Positions 17,484-26,101 of a stretch of DNA of 64,000 nucleotides are shown here, one piece after another. The notes under the pieces were generated by a model. It was given only the letters and a program-made list of their open reading frames with translations. It did no database searches and had not been told where the DNA came from. The DNA comes from a virus: positions 1 to 64,000 of IMG/VR virus record IMGVR_UViG_3300046373_000172; one strand, 5' to 3'. A program made the translations under genes and the position numbers. Positions within the stretch are counted from its first letter, which is position 1. Each line of letters opens with the position of its first letter.

Positions 17484-18124
17484 CCCTCTACGAAACCCTC
17501 GGCCTTGCGCCCACCGCCACGCGCGAACAGATCCGGCAAGCCTACCGCAAGCTGGCGCAGAAGCACCACCCGGACAGGTCTACAGGCGACAAAGCCGTCT
17601 TCCAAGCCGTCCAGCAGGCCTACGACATCCTGATGGACCCGGAGCGCCGGGCGCGCTACGACCAGAGCGGTGACGTCGGCGGCCAGGAAGTGAGCGACGA
17701 CGAGAAGCTGACCGCCGCGGCGCAGCAAGCCTTGATGTCGCTCCTGCTGCAGGTGATGGAAGCCACGCACAACATCAGCGCGGTCGACCTGCTGGCCAAG
17801 TGCCTGGAGAGCGTGGCCAGGGCGCAGAGCGTGGCCCAGACAGACCTGCGCAAGGTCGAGGCGGGACAAGAGAAAGCGCGCAAGGCAGCGCAGCGCTTCC
17901 AGGAGAAGGAAGGCAAGGAGAACCGGATGTCCCTGCTTGGGCAGACGCTGGCCGGCCAGTACGACAAGCCGATCGCCGACATCAAGGCCATCATCGCCCG
18001 CAACGACCGTATGAAGCTGATCCTGCAAGAGCACACTTACCGGGTCGACGTGCCGGACGCCCCGGAGAGCGCGAAGGGCTTTACATTCTCCGACTGGACC
18101 ACCCTGCGCATCGAAGGCCTTTAA
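17480..18124 (+). CDS. J-domain (DnaJ-like) co-chaperone with coiled-coil C-terminus
   Basis: LYETLGL...IRQAYRKLAQKHHPD...AYDILMDPERRARYD. Confidence 0.9.
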   Translation: MTLYETLGLAPTATREQIRQAYRKLAQKHHPDRSTGDKAVFQAVQQAYDILMDPERRARYDQSGDVGGQEVSDDEKLTAAAQQALMSLLLQVMEATHNISAVDLLAKCLESVARAQSVAQTDLRKVEAGQEKARKAAQRFQEKEGKENRMSLLGQTLAGQYDKPIADIKAIIARNDRMKLILQEHTYRVDVPDAPESAKGFTFSDWTTLRIEGL

Positions 18125-18417
18125 ACCACTTCCAGGAAGCCGTCGTTCGGCTCGGGCAGGATCAACACCTGCCCGTCGCTGCATGTGGCCGCGCACTGCG
18201 GCACGTAAGTCACCCCCGGCACGCCGCCGCCGATCAACTGCGACACCACCGAGCCCGAGATGGCCGCGATGTCGACGATCATGCCGGGCATCGGTGTGCC
18301 GTGGCTGGACGCCACCGTCCACACGGCCGTGACGATCGTCACGCCGGGCGGCAAACTGTTCACGTAATCCACGGAGAAGACCTCAATCTCGGCCGCGCGC
18401 TTGGGGGTAAAGTTCAT
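18121..18417 (-). CDS. Small Ig-like putative fibre adaptor protein
   Basis: PKRAAEIEVFSVDY...IGGGVPGVTY...TCSDGQ pattern; beta-rich. Confidence 0.6.
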   Translation of the reverse strand: MNFTPKRAAEIEVFSVDYVNSLPPGVTIVTAVWTVASSHGTPMPGMIVDIAAISGSVVSQLIGGGVPGVTYVPQCAATCSDGQVLILPEPNDGFLEVV

Positions 18418-18418
18418 G

Positions 18419-19156
18419 TCAATCCTTGGGCAGTTTGCCGGAGTTAAGTCGGATGCGCGGGGCGCCCACATACAGGTTGTTCGGGTTGATTTCCAGTTCG
18501 ATGTCGATCCTGCAGGTGCCGGCGAATGTGTCGGCCCCTTCTTGCACGCTGATCGCCAAGACTGGCTGCGGGAAGAACGCGCCGACCGCGGCGAACGTGT
18601 CCGCCCCTTCCGTCCAGGCCAGTGCCCCAACTTGGGTCTGCGTCGCCACTAAGGCGAACGTGTCTGGCCCTTCGATCGAGGCGATGGACGCCGAGTGCAC
18701 TTCGCCGGAGATGGCGAACGTGTCGGTACCTTCCACCCAGGCGATAGACGCCCCAAGGTGGACCCCGGCTGCAGCGAACGTGTCCGCCCCTTCCGTCCAC
18801 GACAGGCGCACACCTGTCGAGCCGAACGTGAAGGTGACCGGCTGCGGACTGCCAACCGCCACCAAATCCAGGTAGAGCTGGACGTAGGCGACGTAGTTGC
18901 CGTCCAGCGCGGCCGAGGCGCGGAAGCTGGTGTCGTCGTAGACGAATAAGTTCAGGCCTGCCGGCCACGACGTCACCTTGCCGATCACGCGCTTGGTCAA
19001 GTCCCCGGCGTCGAGCCAAGGGAAGACAATGCCCGGGCCGTCCTGCCCCGAACTTGGGATGGTCGAGCCCAGCACGCCGCCGCCCGGATCCCCGAGCGTG
19101 CAGTAACCCGCGCCGTTCCAGTCGACGGTGTCAACGAGGACGTATGCGGTTGTCAT
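18419..19156 (-). CDS. Putative virion appendage protein with five TEGADTFAA repeats
   Basis: Beta-rich N-domain followed by 5 repeats of about 20 aa. Confidence 0.7.
   Translation of the reverse strand: MTTAYVLVDTVDWNGAGYCTLGDPGGGVLGSTIPSSGQDGPGIVFPWLDAGDLTKRVIGKVTSWPAGLNLFVYDDTSFRASAALDGNYVAYVQLYLDLVAVGSPQPVTFTFGSTGVRLSWTEGADTFAAAGVHLGASIAWVEGTDTFAISGEVHSASIASIEGPDTFALVATQTQVGALAWTEGADTFAAVGAFFPQPVLAISVQEGADTFAGTCRIDIELEINPNNLYVGAPRIRLNSGKLPKD
18515..18805 (-). repeat. Five degenerate ~60-nt coding repeats (EGADTFA)
   Basis: + strand GCGAA(C/T)GTGTC...CCTTC at about 18522, 18591, 18654, 18714, 18774. Confidence 0.85.
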
Positions 19157-20451
19157 GACGCAGTCACCGCCGGCAAGCGTCGGCCGAAGCCGGCGGAGGT
19201 CAAGTCAGGCTCCACGTAGTAAGTCGTGCCGGCCGCCAGCGACGTCGACGCCACCACCAGGTGGCCGGTGCTGTCGGTGGTCAAGCCGGTCGCGCGCAGC
19301 ACCAGGTTGCCTGTCGGGTCGAAGATGTTCAGGTTGCAGCCGGTCATGCCGGACAGCACCGTGCCGTTGAGCAGCGAGCAGATCGGCGACGTCACATGGC
19401 CCATCGCTGGGCCGGACGTGCCGGCGGCGGCGAACGTGTCGGCGCCTTCGGTGAAGGCCAGCGCTACCGCCGTGGCGTAGGTGCTGGCCGCCGCGAAGGT
19501 GTCGGCATTTTCCGTGAAGGCGACCGCGCCGCTCTGCGTCACCCCTTGGGCAGCGAACGTGTCGGCGCCCTCGACCCAAGCCAGGGAGGCGGTCATGCCA
19601 CCAGCCATCTGGATGTCGTCCGGCGCTTCGGTCCAGCCGATCGAGGCGAACGAATGCGAAGCGCCGATCGAGAACGAGTCGGCACCTTCCGTGAAGGCGA
19701 TGGCGGCCTGGTGGTGCTCGGCCGCGGCGGCGAACGTGTCGGCGCCTTCGGTGAGGGCGATGGTGCCTGTGACGGCAGCGACCCGGGTGATCGGGTGGGA
19801 AGGCGTGATCGTGGCAACGGACACGCCGCCGACGGCGGTCATGGTGCGGCTGCCGCCCAGCGAGGTGTAGGTGCCGCCGGCGCTGTAAGTCTCGAACGTC
19901 CAGCCGTCCACCCAACCCGTGATCGCCTCTGGCTTGACACTGTCGGCCAGCAGGTTGTCGACGTCGGTGGCGGTCAGCGCGACGTTGAAGAAGTGCGCCT
20001 CGGCGATGTGGCCGTTGGTGAACAGGCTGGCGGCGGCGTTGTTGTAGTGGTACGCGCCGGCCACGACACGGTCGTGATTCGACGTGCTGTCGGTCATCGA
20101 CGCACTGCTGGTGCCGGGGCTGCTGCTGCTGCCGTAATAGACCTTGCGATCCGTGGCGCTGGCGAAAACGCTCACCATCAAGCGCATGGTGGCGTTCGGG
20201 TTCGGGCTGGTCGTCTTGGTCGCGTTGTCGCCTGACCCCGGGTTGCGGTAGGTCGCATACTTGGACGAGCCGTTGGCGTCGAGCCAGCCGACTGCGTACC
20301 GATCAGCATTGCTCTGCCCCTGGCTCAGCCAGAATTGGCCTGCGCCGGTGCCGTCCGCCGACACCCACTCCATGATGGAATAAGGGTAGGCGGAGACAAT
20401 CTTGGCGTTGTGCTCCAGGTAGCCGGTCGTGCCGTTTAGTTTCAGTGCCAT
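19153..20451 (-). CDS. LamG/ConA-like lectin-domain protein with six TEGADTFAA repeats and a C-terminal Ig-like domain
   Basis: ALKLNGTTGYL...FTNGHIAEAHFFNVALTATDV is a LamG-like pattern. Confidence 0.75.
   Translation of the reverse strand: MALKLNGTTGYLEHNAKIVSAYPYSIMEWVSADGTGAGQFWLSQGQSNADRYAVGWLDANGSSKYATYRNPGSGDNATKTTSPNPNATMRLMVSVFASATDRKVYYGSSSSPGTSSASMTDSTSNHDRVVAGAYHYNNAAASLFTNGHIAEAHFFNVALTATDVDNLLADSVKPEAITGWVDGWTFETYSAGGTYTSLGGSRTMTAVGGVSVATITPSHPITRVAAVTGTIALTEGADTFAAAAEHHQAAIAFTEGADSFSIGASHSFASIGWTEAPDDIQMAGGMTASLAWVEGADTFAAQGVTQSGAVAFTENADTFAAASTYATAVALAFTEGADTFAAAGTSGPAMGHVTSPICSLLNGTVLSGMTGCNLNIFDPTGNLVLRATGLTTDSTGHLVVASTSLAAGTTYYVEPDLTSAGFGRRLPAVTAS
19425..19765 (-). repeat. 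Six degenerate coding repeats (TEGADTFAA)
   Basis: IALTEGADTF, IAFTEGADSF, IGWTEAPDDI, LAWVEGADTF, VAFTENADTF, LAFTEGADTF. Confidence 0.85.
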
Positions 20452-21555
20452 TTAAGCCGCCGTTTTAATGAAATACATGTTGGACGCGGCCCGGGCCAAG
20501 AGGACAAAGCCTTTCAACGCCGGCACGTAGCGGAAGCGATTGTTGACGCCGGAGTTGGTGGCCGCGACAGGCCGAACGGCGCCGACTAGCGTCAGCAGCG
20601 ACATGTCCCACACGGTCGTCCCGTTCGGCTGGATGACGTAGATCCGACCCTCCTGACCAGCTTGGCCACAGTAGTACAGGAAGCGGTCGTTGTCCGGGTC
20701 GTATTCCATCGCGTTGTATCCCAAGTTCGGGATGTCGGCCAAGAACGTGGTGTAGGCCGAACTGGCGTTGAAGGTGATCGCCGTCTGCGTCGTCCCGGCT
20801 GCGTTATAGACGAACGAGGCCAAGCTGGAGGCCACCTCGCCGCCTTCCCCGACGCCGAAGCACAGCGCGTAGAGTTGGTTGCGGACCGGATCGAACGCCA
20901 TCGGGTCGCGCGGGAAGTACGATGAACTGCGCCAAGTATTCGTGGCTGGGTTGAACAGTTGCCCCCGGGCGTAGATCTTGTTGTTTGCCGTGATCATCGT
21001 GCTGCCGTAGCAGCCAGGTATCACGTCCGCCCAGGTGTACCGAGGATCCCAGGTGTTCGTCGCCAGGTTGAAGGCGTTGGAGTCGGGCAGCGTGTAGTTA
21101 CCGCCGCCACCGAAGGCGTAGGGGTACTTGGTGCCCAGCAGGAAAATCTTGTCGAGCGTCGGGTTGTACTGCGTCCCGTAGTAGTTGTGCCGCGCGGCCG
21201 GCTTGCCGTCCAGCCAGTACGCCACATTGTCGACAACGTCGGAGAAGTTGCTTCCCGCCATGCGGGCGGTGAACTGCCCCGGGCTGTCGACGCCAATCAC
21301 GCAACCATACACGCCGTTGTCAAAGGAGTCATGGTGCCCGCCGGCGGCAGCGATCAAGACCTCGCTGTTGATGGTGCGCACACACATCCCCGAGTAAGCT
21401 TCGACGTGAGCCCGCGCAGGGCTTGCCGTGCCTGGGATCTCCATCCACTCGTTCAGCGCCTTCCCCGCCAGCCAGGCAGGCGGAGGCACGGTGCGACCGC
21501 CAAGCATGGTCGCACCGCTCGCAACGGCGTAGAAAACCGGGGCCGGCGTTGCCAT
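20452..21555 (-). CDS. Kelch-like beta-propeller protein, putative receptor or glycan binder
   Basis: Blade-like repeats FNLATNTW, FNPATNTW, MAFDPVRNQLY, MEYDPDNDRFL; GGHHD. Confidence 0.7.
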   Translation of the reverse strand: MATPAPVFYAVASGATMLGGRTVPPPAWLAGKALNEWMEIPGTASPARAHVEAYSGMCVRTINSEVLIAAAGGHHDSFDNGVYGCVIGVDSPGQFTARMAGSNFSDVVDNVAYWLDGKPAARHNYYGTQYNPTLDKIFLLGTKYPYAFGGGGNYTLPDSNAFNLATNTWDPRYTWADVIPGCYGSTMITANNKIYARGQLFNPATNTWRSSSYFPRDPMAFDPVRNQLYALCFGVGEGGEVASSLASFVYNAAGTTQTAITFNASSAYTTFLADIPNLGYNAMEYDPDNDRFLYYCGQAGQEGRIYVIQPNGTTVWDMSLLTLVGAVRPVAATNSGVNNRFRYVPALKGFVLLARAASNMYFIKTAA

Positions 21556-21558
21556 GGC

Positions 21559-21945
21559 TTATGGATTGCCGTCGGTGATGGTCCAGCTGGTGATCGACAC
21601 GGCGCCGCCGGAAACGATCGTCAGCGTGTTCAGGATCACCTGGGCCGCCGAGGTACCGACGGTCAAGTCGATGCAGTACGTGGTGCCATCGGTCTTGTTC
21701 AGCCGCGCCCAGCCAGCGGTGCCGGATGCCACAGCAGTCGTCGCCGACGGCAGGGTAGGCGACAACACGCCAGCCGAAGCGCCAGGGGCGAACGGCGTGG
21801 CGCAGGTGAAGGAGGCCAGCAAGGTGCCTTCACTGCCGCCGGTAGCCGGCTTGGTACCGGAGTAGATCTCCAACTTGGCGGTATTGCCCACCACCGTCGT
21901 GATTGCATCCATTTTTGCATTGCGCAGTTCGGGGCTATAACCCAT
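21559..21945 (-). CDS. Conserved 128-aa virion-associated protein (putative fibre subunit)
   Basis: LRNAKMDAI...LEIYSGTKPA...ASGTAGWARL...GGAVSITSWTITDGN; AGGAG RBS. Confidence 0.75.
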   Translation of the reverse strand: MGYSPELRNAKMDAITTVVGNTAKLEIYSGTKPATGGSEGTLLASFTCATPFAPGASAGVLSPTLPSATTAVASGTAGWARLNKTDGTTYCIDLTVGTSAAQVILNTLTIVSGGAVSITSWTITDGNP

Positions 21946-21974
21946 GATATGTACTCCTAGTGAAAGATACCTTG

Positions 21975-22004
21975 AATTCTGGCATCAAAATTGCTTTAAG
22001 TCAA
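21975..22004 (-). promoter_or_regulatory. Putative sigma70-type promoter for the inverted cassette
   Basis: Minus strand TTGACT-17-CAGAAT in an AT-rich gap. Confidence 0.45.
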
Positions 22005-22023
22005 AATTTAACGGAGGCAAGAA

Positions 22024-22101
22024 ATGGATGTGGAAGAGGAGCGTAGAATGTTCGAACAGTGGTGGGCACGAGACGACCTGAAACTGTTCAAACGAGGATG
22101 A
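22024..22101 (+). CDS. 25-aa ORF (MDVEEERRMFEQWWARDDLKLFKRG)
   Basis: GGAGG RBS at 22013; stop overlaps next ATG. Confidence 0.45.
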   Translation: MDVEEERRMFEQWWARDDLKLFKRG

Positions 22102-22544
22102 CCATGCGAGACGACAACGAGTCCGGCGCCAAGCCGGACCACACCATTCTGGGAACCCATCCGGACGATCTGGCAATAGACCGTTTCGCCGCGATGATGA
22201 AGGAGAAGATGGCCAAGTCTCGGGCCAACGGCCGTTCCGGCTGGGACGATCCGCAACAGGTGACGATCGGAGAACTCAGCTGCGACTTGAGGATCCACAC
22301 TGGCAAGGGTGACCCGGTCGACGTCGGGCTGTTCGCCATGATGATCGCCCTGCGCGGCGGCCACATCATCCAGTGCGTGCCACTGCCGGCCAGCCACTTG
22401 GACTACGACGCCTTGATGCGACAGATCGACGTGCACCGCGCCTTGCGAGAGGAGCGTGTGGCGGCCGAGCAACGTAATGTGACACGGCGGGCGGAGGTCC
22501 GGGAGAACCCCGGCCGGCGCCGCGCCGACAAGAAAGACGAGTAG
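22098..22544 (+). CDS. Conserved phage helical protein
   Basis: DDLAIDRFAAMMKEKMAKSRANGRSGW...KGDPVDV. Confidence 0.7.
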   Translation: MTMRDDNESGAKPDHTILGTHPDDLAIDRFAAMMKEKMAKSRANGRSGWDDPQQVTIGELSCDLRIHTGKGDPVDVGLFAMMIALRGGHIIQCVPLPASHLDYDALMRQIDVHRALREERVAAEQRNVTRRAEVRENPGRRRADKKDE

Positions 22545-22547
22545 TTC

Positions 22548-22574
22548 AAAGGCGCCATCGGCGCCTTTTCTTTT
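22548..22574 (+). terminator. Rho-independent terminator
   Basis: AAAGGCGCC-ATC-GGCGCCTTT followed by TCTTTT. Confidence 0.85.
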
Positions 22575-22594
22575 GACCGGAGGCAATAATTTCT

Positions 22595-22624
22595 TTGACA
22601 CAAATGCAGAGTTTGATCTACCCT
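22595..22624 (+). promoter_or_regulatory. Putative promoter containing recurrent motif (copy 2)
   Basis: Perfect TTGACA; GACA caaa TG cag AGTTTGAT; weak -10 TACCCT. Confidence 0.55.
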
Positions 22625-22652
22625 AACGTACCTCTTTCCTACAGGAATTTAC

Positions 22653-23528
22653 ATGTTTCCCAAATCCGTAACTGTGCTGGCGATCACGCCGGAAACCGAC
22701 CTCACCAAGCTGAACGAGCAGGCCCTGGAAGCGGCGCCGTATAAGCCGATCGGCGCCACCGAGGAAGAGTCCTCCGGCTGGGTGCCGGCGTTCGAAGACC
22801 AGTTCCTGTTCCAGTACCACGGCTTCTCACTGCTGAAGTTCGCCATCGAGAAGAAGTCGGTGCCGGCGTCGGCCGTCAAGAAGTTGCTGAACGCCAAGAT
22901 CGTGGCGGACGAAGAACAGCGCGGCAGCAAGCCGGGGCGCCTGCGCCGTAAGGAGTTGAAGCAGGAGGCCAAGGAAGAGTTGCTGGCCCGCGCCATTCCG
23001 AGTTATAGCGAGGTGCCGGTCTTCCTGGACCAGGCGCGGCGCCGGCTGCTGATCGGCACGGCCACGGCGTCGGCGGCGTCGTCGATCATGGGCGCCCTGT
23101 ACGGCGCGTCAGAGGTGCAGCTGCAGTCGCTGCCCAAGTGGCCCGGCCGCGAGGCGGTGACGACCTGGCTGTGCTTGGACAGCGACGACGAAGATCACCC
23201 TATGCCGGACCTGTTGACGGCCGACGATTACGCCCTGTTCGACTGCCCCGGCGAGACCGGCAAGACGATCCGCTTCGACAAGGCCAACCTGGATGACGCC
23301 GACGTGCAGCTGGCGATTGCGGCCGGCGCCGTGCTGGCCGAACTGGCGATGACGTGGGACGCCAAGGTGTCCTTCATCTGGAAGGATTCGGAAGTCACGC
23401 TGACAGGCGTGAAGCACCTTGGGGTGCTGGAGGCTGCCGGCCCGGACGTGGACGCCTTCCAGAACGACTTCTACCTGACCAGCCAGACGCTGCAGGCGCT
23501 GGTCGACTACCTGGAGGCTTGTGCATGA
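22653..23528 (+). CDS. rdgC: Recombination-associated protein RdgC
   Basis: ESSGWVP...EKKSVPASAVK...KELKQEAKEELLARA...ELAMTWDAKVSF...DFYL. Confidence 0.9.
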   Translation: MFPKSVTVLAITPETDLTKLNEQALEAAPYKPIGATEEESSGWVPAFEDQFLFQYHGFSLLKFAIEKKSVPASAVKKLLNAKIVADEEQRGSKPGRLRRKELKQEAKEELLARAIPSYSEVPVFLDQARRRLLIGTATASAASSIMGALYGASEVQLQSLPKWPGREAVTTWLCLDSDDEDHPMPDLLTADDYALFDCPGETGKTIRFDKANLDDADVQLAIAAGAVLAELAMTWDAKVSFIWKDSEVTLTGVKHLGVLEAAGPDVDAFQNDFYLTSQTLQALVDYLEACA

Positions 23529-23737
23529 AGCATTTCTCAGAACACAACCCCCGCTGGCGTTACCTGGAGACCGAGCAGCCGCCGCTCAACACCAAGATTA
23601 TGCTGTTGACCGTCGGCAATCAGCAGCTAGAGGGCGTGTGGAAGGGCAAGCCACTTGGCCAGAACAAGCACTACAAGGCCTGGTCCGGGCTGCTGTCCCG
23701 CGACAAGCTGGTCGAAGCGACGTTGGGGTACCTCTGA
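23525..23737 (+). CDS. Small DUF551-like protein
   Basis: WRYLETEQPPLNTKIMLL...GVW...AWSGL. Confidence 0.55.
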   Translation: MKHFSEHNPRWRYLETEQPPLNTKIMLLTVGNQQLEGVWKGKPLGQNKHYKAWSGLLSRDKLVEATLGYL

Positions 23738-24132
23738 TGGATCCGGCGGTCGCTCGCGTCATCCACCCGAACTGGTTCCCGTCGCCCGACGCCTGGGTCT
23801 GGACTCGGCCGGCCGGCGGGCGGCAGGGCTTCGGCACCAACTGGCGCCAAGAAGGGCAGGTCGGCTTGTCCAACCTGCTATGGCTGGTGCTCGATCGCCA
23901 GACGCCGCCGGCGCTGTTCGAGGCGGCGTCGCATCCGGTCTACCCGCTGGTGCTGGCCCACTGTCGCGGCGCACTGGAGGTGGTCACCAACCTGGCCGAG
24001 ATCGGCACCCTGGAAGAGTTCCACAGGCTCCTGTCAGGCCTGATGCGCAACCATGCCAAGGTACCGGGCGTCGACCTTGGCCCCCTGCTGCGGAAACTGG
24101 CAGAGAAGAGGATCCGACATGCGAACGCTTGA
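23737..24132 (+). CDS. Hypothetical protein
   Basis: ATG coupled to upstream TGA. Confidence 0.6.
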   Translation: MDPAVARVIHPNWFPSPDAWVWTRPAGGRQGFGTNWRQEGQVGLSNLLWLVLDRQTPPALFEAASHPVYPLVLAHCRGALEVVTNLAEIGTLEEFHRLLSGLMRNHAKVPGVDLGPLLRKLAEKRIRHANA

Positions 24133-25549
24133 AGCGGTCCTTCGGGATCATGGATTACCCTTCCCGGACGTCGGCGGCGTGCCGGCTAAGTTAGAAGACC
24201 TGCAGATCGAGGACATCAACCGCCTTGCCACGATGGGCCGCGCGCTGGCCGATCTCCCGATTGGCTATGGCAAAACGGTTATTTCGACTTATTCCGCCCT
24301 GATGCTGGAGCCGGACGTCACGCTGATTTTGATGCCACCGATCTTGAAAGCGCAGTGGCAAAAGTGGATCAATTCCATCCCCGGCGCCGGCCAGGTTGTC
24401 GTCTACGACGGCACGCCTAGTGAGCGCCGAAAGCTTAACCTGCGCGGCGCCAAGTGGATCATCACCAGCTACGGTCTGATGCGCAACGATTTCGACTATC
24501 TGCTCGCCCAACTTGGGCCGCGCAACTTGCTGACAATAGTTGATGAGGCGCAATGTTGCAAAAATTACAAGAGTTCGCTGTTCGATTGCGTCAAGCAGAT
24601 CTCGGAGGGCAAGCCGCTGTTCCTCTTGTCGGGCACCCCGGTGTCCTGGCCGGGCGACACGTACGCCTACATCAAGCTGAACAACCCGGGCGCCTATGCG
24701 AGGTACCGGCAGTTCGAGAACATTCACGTCGCCGAGCGAGACTTCTTCGAGAAGCCGACCGCCTGGCGCGAGTGGGAATTGATGCAAAGCAATTTCAATG
24801 CCAACCGGATCTATCGGTCTAAGGAAGAAGTGCACGCGGCTCTGCCCAAGGCGAACTTCATCCCGGTCTACTATGAGCTCGACAAGGAGCACATGGCGCT
24901 TTATACCAAGCTGATGCAGGAGCAGCTGCTGGAGCTCGATGACGGCACCAAGATCGACGCCACCACCGCGCAGACGCTGTACCACCAGAGCCAGCAGATC
25001 ATCAGCAACTGGGGCTATTTTTCTGGTAATCCGAAGAACGTCGGCAAGGTGTACGAGCTGATCGATGAGATCTGCGACCAGATCAACCTTGGGCAGCCGG
25101 ACGCCTCGAAAGTCATTGCCTGGAGTCAGTACAAGCGCACTTCGGCCGCGTTGCAGGATCACATGGACGCCCGACTGAAGAAGATCGGCTGTCGCTCGAT
25201 GGCGGCCTACTCTGGCGCCGACTCGGTCAAGTCGGTGGCGGCGTTCATGGACGACCCCAGGACGGTCAGTCTGGTGGCCCAACCCGGTTCGGCTGGCGCC
25301 GGCCTGAATCCTCAAGCGCTGTGCTGGAACACAATCTTTGTGGAGCTTCCTACAAGGACGATCGCGTTCCTTCAAGCGGCCGGCCGTATCGACCGTAAAG
25401 GCCAGCGCTTCAACCCGAACATCTACCTCTTTATCGCTCGCGGCACCATCCAGGAGGCGCTGCTGGCCAACCTGATGTCGAACGATGACGAGGTGATCCG
25501 CGCCACCGGTACAAAAAATTCCATCAGGAATCTAATTTTTCCGAAGTAA
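24119..25549 (+). CDS. SNF2-family (SF2) helicase
   Basis: GYGKT, IVDEAQ, LSGTP, GAGLN, QAAGRIDRKGQ. Confidence 0.9.
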   Translation: MRTLEAVLRDHGLPFPDVGGVPAKLEDLQIEDINRLATMGRALADLPIGYGKTVISTYSALMLEPDVTLILMPPILKAQWQKWINSIPGAGQVVVYDGTPSERRKLNLRGAKWIITSYGLMRNDFDYLLAQLGPRNLLTIVDEAQCCKNYKSSLFDCVKQISEGKPLFLLSGTPVSWPGDTYAYIKLNNPGAYARYRQFENIHVAERDFFEKPTAWREWELMQSNFNANRIYRSKEEVHAALPKANFIPVYYELDKEHMALYTKLMQEQLLELDDGTKIDATTAQTLYHQSQQIISNWGYFSGNPKNVGKVYELIDEICDQINLGQPDASKVIAWSQYKRTSAALQDHMDARLKKIGCRSMAAYSGADSVKSVAAFMDDPRTVSLVAQPGSAGAGLNPQALCWNTIFVELPTRTIAFLQAAGRIDRKGQRFNPNIYLFIARGTIQEALLANLMSNDDEVIRATGTKNSIRNLIFPK

Positions 25550-25589
25550 AATAGTTGCCCGACCACCGATCCTTGAAAGACCTAGTGTT

Positions 25590-26096
25590 ATGAAAATAGA
25601 ATCAACGGAGTTGACATCCGAGGAGCGCAATGAGTTTGACCGCCAGTGGTCTGCTCTGTATGGGAAGAAAATCGCAGCGTGGGACATCCTGGCCCGGCCG
25701 CTCACACACACCGTGCACCGGGCCAAGCGCATGCTGGTCTGGAGCCTTGGGCCTGACGGCACGCCAAGGGTGCTGCGCACCTACACCATGACCGACCTGC
25801 TGATCACGTTCGCCGGCGTGTCGATCACGCTGACCGACGCCGCCGGGGAGGTGGTGACCATTACTCACCGCCCGACACAGATCCCCGGCCACCTGATCTA
25901 CGCCTGGCTGCCGGCCTTCCTGGACGTGCGCTACGCCCCACGCAGCTATTCCGATTCTGACCCCAGCTTCCGACGCACCACCTGCCGGCTGCGCTCCCGC
26001 GCCGCCGGTGACGTCCGCATCAAGCCGGTGCCGGGCGTCTCCTACTTCTCGGATGTCCGCGAGTTCCAGAAAATCTGCCCAGACTACCAGGGGTAA
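25590..26096 (+). CDS. Hypothetical protein
   Basis: Fills gap between helicase and primase; start uncertain. Confidence 0.65.
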   Translation: MKIESTELTSEERNEFDRQWSALYGKKIAAWDILARPLTHTVHRAKRMLVWSLGPDGTPRVLRTYTMTDLLITFAGVSITLTDAAGEVVTITHRPTQIPGHLIYAWLPAFLDVRYAPRSYSDSDPSFRRTTCRLRSRAAGDVRIKPVPGVSYFSDVREFQKICPDYQG

Positions 26097-26101
26097 GCGC
26101 C

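Noticed and set aside
18515-19765. Regularly spaced GCGAACGTGTC repeats as a CRISPR array or DGR template/variable pair
   Set aside because: They are degenerate, in frame and conserved at the protein level; there are no cas or reverse transcriptase genes in the window and no adenine-specific variation was evident.
9901-22586. Repeated CGGAGGCA at about 9903, 13412, 22012 and 22578
   Set aside because: Three of the four are simply Shine-Dalgarno sequences before start codons.
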